A DNA stretch of 32,000 nt, taken from Enterobacteriaceae endosymbiont of Donacia provostii. GTDB taxonomy: Bacteria > Pseudomonadota > Gammaproteobacteria > Enterobacterales > Enterobacteriaceae. Both the position numbers and the translations under genes were made by a program. Location: the NCBI RefSeq assembly GCF_012570145.1, contig NZ_CP046206.1, positions 92,324 to 124,323 on the forward strand, given 5' to 3'. The notes beneath the pieces are model-generated. The model was not told the DNA's origin and did no database searches. It saw nothing but the letters and a program-made list of their open reading frames with translations. Below, piece after piece: positions 28,126 through 32,000 of the stretch (the first letter of the stretch is position 1; each line of letters opens with the position of its first letter).

Positions 28126-28191
28126 AATATATACTTTATATTTTATAATTTTCTAATAAAATTTTATAATTTTAACTATAATATTAATATG

Positions 28192-29346
28192 TTATGAAAT
28201 ATTTTCTAATAAAGAAGTAACAGGTAATTGATTATTTTCAATATATTTTAAAAAAGATCCTCCACCTGTAGAAATATAAGAAATTTTATCAAAAACATTA
28301 AATAATTCTAACGCAGCTAAAGTATCTCCACCACCTACAATAGAAAAAGAATTACTATTAATAATAGCATTAATAATACTTTCAGTACCTTTTCTAAAAT
28401 TTTTTATCTCAAATACACCTACTGGACCATTCCATAAAATAGTTCTAGCTTTTTTAATTTTATTTTGAATTATATTTATAGTTTTTTTTCCTATATCAAG
28501 AATTTTTTCATTTTTTCTAATATTATTAATTTCTCTAATTTTTATTAAAGAATTATTTGTCATATTTGTACTAACAATAGAATCAACTGGGATAATTATA
28601 TTTTTATATTTTTCCATTATTTCTTTAGCTAATAAAATTGCATTAGGTTCATATAAAGATTTACCAATATTATGATTTAATGAAATTAATGTATTAGCTA
28701 TACCACCTCCTACAATAACTGTATCTGATATTTTAGATAATTTTTTTAAAATTCTAAATTTAGTTGATATTTTAGATCCACCAATAATAGAAATTATTGG
28801 TTTTAAAGGATTTTTTAAAAATTTTTTTAAATTTTTTATTTCATTTATTAATAATAAACCAGCACAAGATTTTTTAGCGTATTTAATTATCCCATAAGTA
28901 GAAGAATGAATACGATGAGCAGTTGCAAATGCATCCATAACAAATATATCACATAAAGATGCATATTTTTGAGATAAAATATCATTATTACTTTTTTCAC
29001 CAATATTAAAGCGAACATTTTCTAAAAGAATAATTTCATCATTTTTAAATTTTATACCATCCAAATAATTTTTTTTTAAAATAACTTTATAATTTAAAAT
29101 TTTACTTAAATATATACTTATTTTTTTAAGAGATAATAAATGATTATATTGTCCTTCAACAGGATTTCCTAAATGAGATGATATAATAATTTTACAATTT
29201 TGATTTAATGCATACCTAATAGTAGGTAATGATAATTTAATTCTAATATCAGATATTATATTTCCTTTTGAATCTATTGGTACATTTAAATCAGATCTAA
29301 TTAATATTATTTTATTTTTAATATTTACATTTAAAATATTTAACAT
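28192..29346 (-). CDS. pgk: Phosphoglycerate kinase
   Basis: 384 aa with RSDLNVPI, DAFATAHR, GGSKISTK, WNGPVGVFE and STGGGSFL motifs. Confidence 0.96.
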   Translation of the reverse strand: MLNILNVNIKNKIILIRSDLNVPIDSKGNIISDIRIKLSLPTIRYALNQNCKIIISSHLGNPVEGQYNHLLSLKKISIYLSKILNYKVILKKNYLDGIKFKNDEIILLENVRFNIGEKSNNDILSQKYASLCDIFVMDAFATAHRIHSSTYGIIKYAKKSCAGLLLINEIKNLKKFLKNPLKPIISIIGGSKISTKFRILKKLSKISDTVIVGGGIANTLISLNHNIGKSLYEPNAILLAKEIMEKYKNIIIPVDSIVSTNMTNNSLIKIREINNIRKNEKILDIGKKTINIIQNKIKKARTILWNGPVGVFEIKNFRKGTESIINAIINSNSFSIVGGGDTLAALELFNVFDKISYISTGGGSFLKYIENNQLPVTSLLENIS

Positions 29347-29373
29347 AAATTTTATCCTTATTTCATTTTAAAT

Positions 29374-31386
29374 TTATTCATTATATAATTTTAAAATTTT
29401 TTTAATTTTTAAAAAAATTTTTTCAACAGTAAATCCAAATTTATTAAATAATTTTTTTCCATCAGCAGAATATCCAAAAGTATTGATACCAATAACTCTA
29501 CCATTTGATCCTACATATTTATACCAAAAATCTGTAGATCCTGCTTCAATAGCTATTTTATATTTTATATTATTAGGTAATACATAATTTTGATATTTTT
29601 TACTTTGTTGATCAAAAATATCGGTAGAAGGCATAGATACAACTCTAACTTTATATTTTAAATTAGATAATTTTTTATATACTTGTATAGCTAAATGTAC
29701 TTCTGAACCAGTAGCTATTAATATAATTTGAGGATTTTTATCCTTACAATCTTGTAAAATATATCCTCCATTGGCTATATATGATATAGTTTTATTTTTT
29801 CTACTTTGCATGGGTAATATTTGTCTTGATAAAATTAAAATAGTTGGTTTTTTTATATTATCTATACCTACTTTCCAAGCAATAGCTGTTTCAACTTTAT
29901 CACATGGGCGCCAAATATTTGTATTTGGTATTAATCTTAAACTAGATAATTGTTCTATTGGTTGATGTGTTGGTCCATCTTCTCCTAATCCTATAGAATC
30001 ATGAGTATAAATCATTATATTTCTAATTTTCATTAATGCAGCCATTCTTATGGCATTACGACAATAATCTGAAAAAACTAAAAAAGTAGATGTATAAGTA
30101 ATAAATCCATTATATAATGAAATTCCATTAGATATCGCAGTCATACCAAATTCTCTTACTCCATAATGAATATAATTACCATCTCTAAATTTATTAATTG
30201 GTTTAGAATTATTTACAATAGTTAAATTACTACTAGATAAATCTGCAGAACCACCTAATAATTCTGGTAATAATACCGAATATTTTTGTAAAATATGTTG
30301 TGATGCTTCTCTTGTTGAGAGAGATAAAAAATTATTATTTAATTGTAAAATATATTTATTGACTTTTTCATTCCAATTATTAGGTAAAATTTTATTTATT
30401 CTTCTTTCAAATTCTTTTGCTAATATTGGAAATTTCGAACAATATTGTTTATATATTTTTTTCCATCTTTTTTCTTTTATATAACCTATTTGTTTAGCAT
30501 TCCATGCTTTATAAATATGTGAAGGAATATAAAAAGGTTTATAATCCCATTTTAAAAATTTTCTTGTTAGTAAAATTTCTTTTTCACCTAATGGTGATCC
30601 ATGTGAAATATTTTTATTTGATTTATTAGGAGAACCAAAAGCAATAATTGTGTTACAAATTAATAATGATGGTTTATTATTTATATCTGATTTAGCTAAT
30701 TTAATAGCTTTTTCTATACTTTTATAATCATGTCCATCTATATTAGATATAACATTCCAACCATAAGATTCAAATCTTTGATGTGTATTATCATTAAACC
30801 ATCCTTTAATATTACCATCTATAGATATTTTATTATTATCATATAATACTATTAATTTTTTTAATTTTAATGTACCAGCTAGAGAACAAACTTCATGAGA
30901 AATACCTTCCATTAAACATCCATCACCAACAAATACATAAGTATAATGATTAATAATATTATAATTTGGTCTATTAAATTGTGCAGATAATGTTTTTTCC
31001 GCAATTGCTATTCCTACAGCATTTGCTAATCCTTGTCCTAAAGGACCTGTACTTGCTTCAATTCCAGGAGTACATCCAAATTCAGGATGTCCAGGAGTTT
31101 TAGAATATAATGTACGAAAATTTTTTAAATCATCAATAGATAAATCGTATCCAGTTAAATGTAATAAACTATAAAGTAACATTACACAATGTCCATTAGA
31201 TAGTATAAATCTATCTCGATTTATCCATAGAGGATTATTAGGATTATGATTTAGAAATTTACGCCAAAGTACTTCAGCTATATCTGCCATACCCATAGGA
31301 GCTCCAGGATGTCCTGAATTAGCATTTTCTATAGAATCTATACTTAAAAATCTAATAGCATTAACTATATCTTTTCTAGAAGTCAT
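29374..31386 (-). CDS. tkt: Transketolase
   Basis: 670 aa. SGHPGAPMGMADIAEVLW, GDGCLMEGISHE (the ThDP motif) and GEDGPTHQPIEQL match E. coli TktA/TktB. Confidence 0.97.
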   Translation of the reverse strand: MTSRKDIVNAIRFLSIDSIENANSGHPGAPMGMADIAEVLWRKFLNHNPNNPLWINRDRFILSNGHCVMLLYSLLHLTGYDLSIDDLKNFRTLYSKTPGHPEFGCTPGIEASTGPLGQGLANAVGIAIAEKTLSAQFNRPNYNIINHYTYVFVGDGCLMEGISHEVCSLAGTLKLKKLIVLYDNNKISIDGNIKGWFNDNTHQRFESYGWNVISNIDGHDYKSIEKAIKLAKSDINNKPSLLICNTIIAFGSPNKSNKNISHGSPLGEKEILLTRKFLKWDYKPFYIPSHIYKAWNAKQIGYIKEKRWKKIYKQYCSKFPILAKEFERRINKILPNNWNEKVNKYILQLNNNFLSLSTREASQHILQKYSVLLPELLGGSADLSSSNLTIVNNSKPINKFRDGNYIHYGVREFGMTAISNGISLYNGFITYTSTFLVFSDYCRNAIRMAALMKIRNIMIYTHDSIGLGEDGPTHQPIEQLSSLRLIPNTNIWRPCDKVETAIAWKVGIDNIKKPTILILSRQILPMQSRKNKTISYIANGGYILQDCKDKNPQIILIATGSEVHLAIQVYKKLSNLKYKVRVVSMPSTDIFDQQSKKYQNYVLPNNIKYKIAIEAGSTDFWYKYVGSNGRVIGINTFGYSADGKKLFNKFGFTVEKIFLKIKKILKLYNE

Positions 31387-31482
31387 AATATATATAATTC
31401 CTAAATTTAAAATATTTTATAAAAAATTCTTTATATAAAGAAATATATACGTAAAATGTTTTAAAATCTATTCATTATAATT

Positions 31483-31512
31483 TTAAAATTTTTAATTAAT
31501 TAAAAATTTTAA
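31483..31512. repeat. 30-bp perfect A/T-only palindrome in the tkt/metK divergent intergenic region
   Basis: TTAAAATTTTTAATTAATTAAAAATTTTAA. I checked all 15 base pairs by hand around the centre at 31497/31498. Confidence 0.8.
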
Positions 31513-31582
31513 TTTTATATATATTTATTTTAAAAAAAATATATACTAAAATAATTAAATATATTTATAGGATATAAGATTA

Positions 31583-32000
31583 ATGACAGAATATTTATTT
31601 ACTTCAGAATCTGTATCAGAAGGACATCCTGATAAAATTGCAGATCAAATTTCTGATGCAATATTAGATAATATTCTTAAACAAGATATTTATGCACGTG
31701 TAGCATGTGAAACATATATTAAAAATAATATGGTATTAATTGGAGGTGAAATAACTACTACAGCTAATATTAATATTGAAAAAATAGTAAGAAAAACTAT
31801 AAAAGAAATTGGATATAATAATTCTATTAATAAATTTAATGCTGATACATGTACAATATTAAATATTATTAGTAAACAATCAGAAGATATTAATAATGGT
31901 ATAACATCTCATTTAAATGAGTATAATCAAGGAGCTGGAGATCAAGGGTTAGTATTTGGATATGCTAATAATGAAACTAATGTTTTTATGCCAGCTCCTA
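31583..32000 (+). CDS. metK: S-adenosylmethionine synthetase (5' partial, runs off the window)
   Basis: It is not in the ORF track because no stop codon occurs inside the window. ATG at 31583 followed by [34 protein letters not shown] matches the canonical MetK N-terminus, and GAGDQG appears further on. An AGGAT Shine-Dalgarno sequence lies upstream. Confidence 0.93.
   Translation, partial: MTEYLFTSESVSEGHPDKIADQISDAILDNILKQDIYARVACETYIKNNMVLIGGEITTTANINIEKIVRKTIKEIGYNNSINKFNADTCTILNIISKQSEDINNGITSHLNEYNQGAGDQGLVFGYANNETNVFMPAP

Noticed and set aside
29771-29965. 64-aa ORF on the plus strand, antisense to tkt
   Set aside because: It is a shadow ORF inside transketolase.
1-32000. Scan for CRISPR arrays, IS elements or transposases, integrases, prophage genes, toxin-antitoxin pairs, restriction-modification or other defence systems, and unassigned (hypothetical) ORFs
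   Set aside because: I found none. Every ORF longer than about 60 codons that is not an antisense shadow has a clear housekeeping identity. There are no spaced direct repeats, no terminal inverted repeats flanking genes, and no compositional island apart from the two tRNA genes. I therefore do not claim a novel system in this window.

Overview
This window looks like a slice of the chromosome of an extremely reduced, very A+T-rich gammaproteobacterial obligate insect endosymbiont (by eye over 80% A+T, not computed). It resembles Buchnera, Blochmannia or Wigglesworthia, and I cannot name the species from sequence alone. The region is almost entirely coding, and the longest intergenic gap is about 230 nt. 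I can assign 33 protein-coding genes and 2 tRNA genes, all by direct similarity to well-known E. coli housekeeping proteins. In order they are prfA-prmC; thrS-infC-rpmI-rplT-pheS-pheT; ribC, tyrS, tRNA-Val, mdtK/norM, grxD, rnt; minCDE; tsaB; hslVU; a complete his operon (hisG-D-C-B-H-A-F-IE) on the minus strand; rnhA/dnaQ/tRNA-Asp; mscS-fbaA-pgk-tkt; and the 5' part of metK. I see no hypothetical genes, mobile elements, CRISPR arrays, prophage remnants, toxin-antitoxin pairs or defence-like cassettes, so I do not think this window hides a novel multi-gene system. The findings worth following up concern reductive evolution of core machinery. (1) thrS encodes only the catalytic and anticodon-binding parts and lacks the whole N-terminal TGS and editing region. 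(2) The PheRS beta-subunit editing pocket appears substituted at three of four classical residues, so two aminoacyl-tRNA synthetases in one cluster may have lost proofreading. (3) hisD and hisC are joined into one 795-codon reading frame with no stop codon between them. (4) infC starts at a conserved AUU codon behind a G-rich Shine-Dalgarno sequence, so the supplied ORF track captured only its C-terminal half. Smaller points are long in-frame poly(A) tracts, tRNA genes without encoded CCA, loss of the classical leader/attenuator elements, and a 30-bp perfect A/T palindrome in the tkt/metK divergent spacer.
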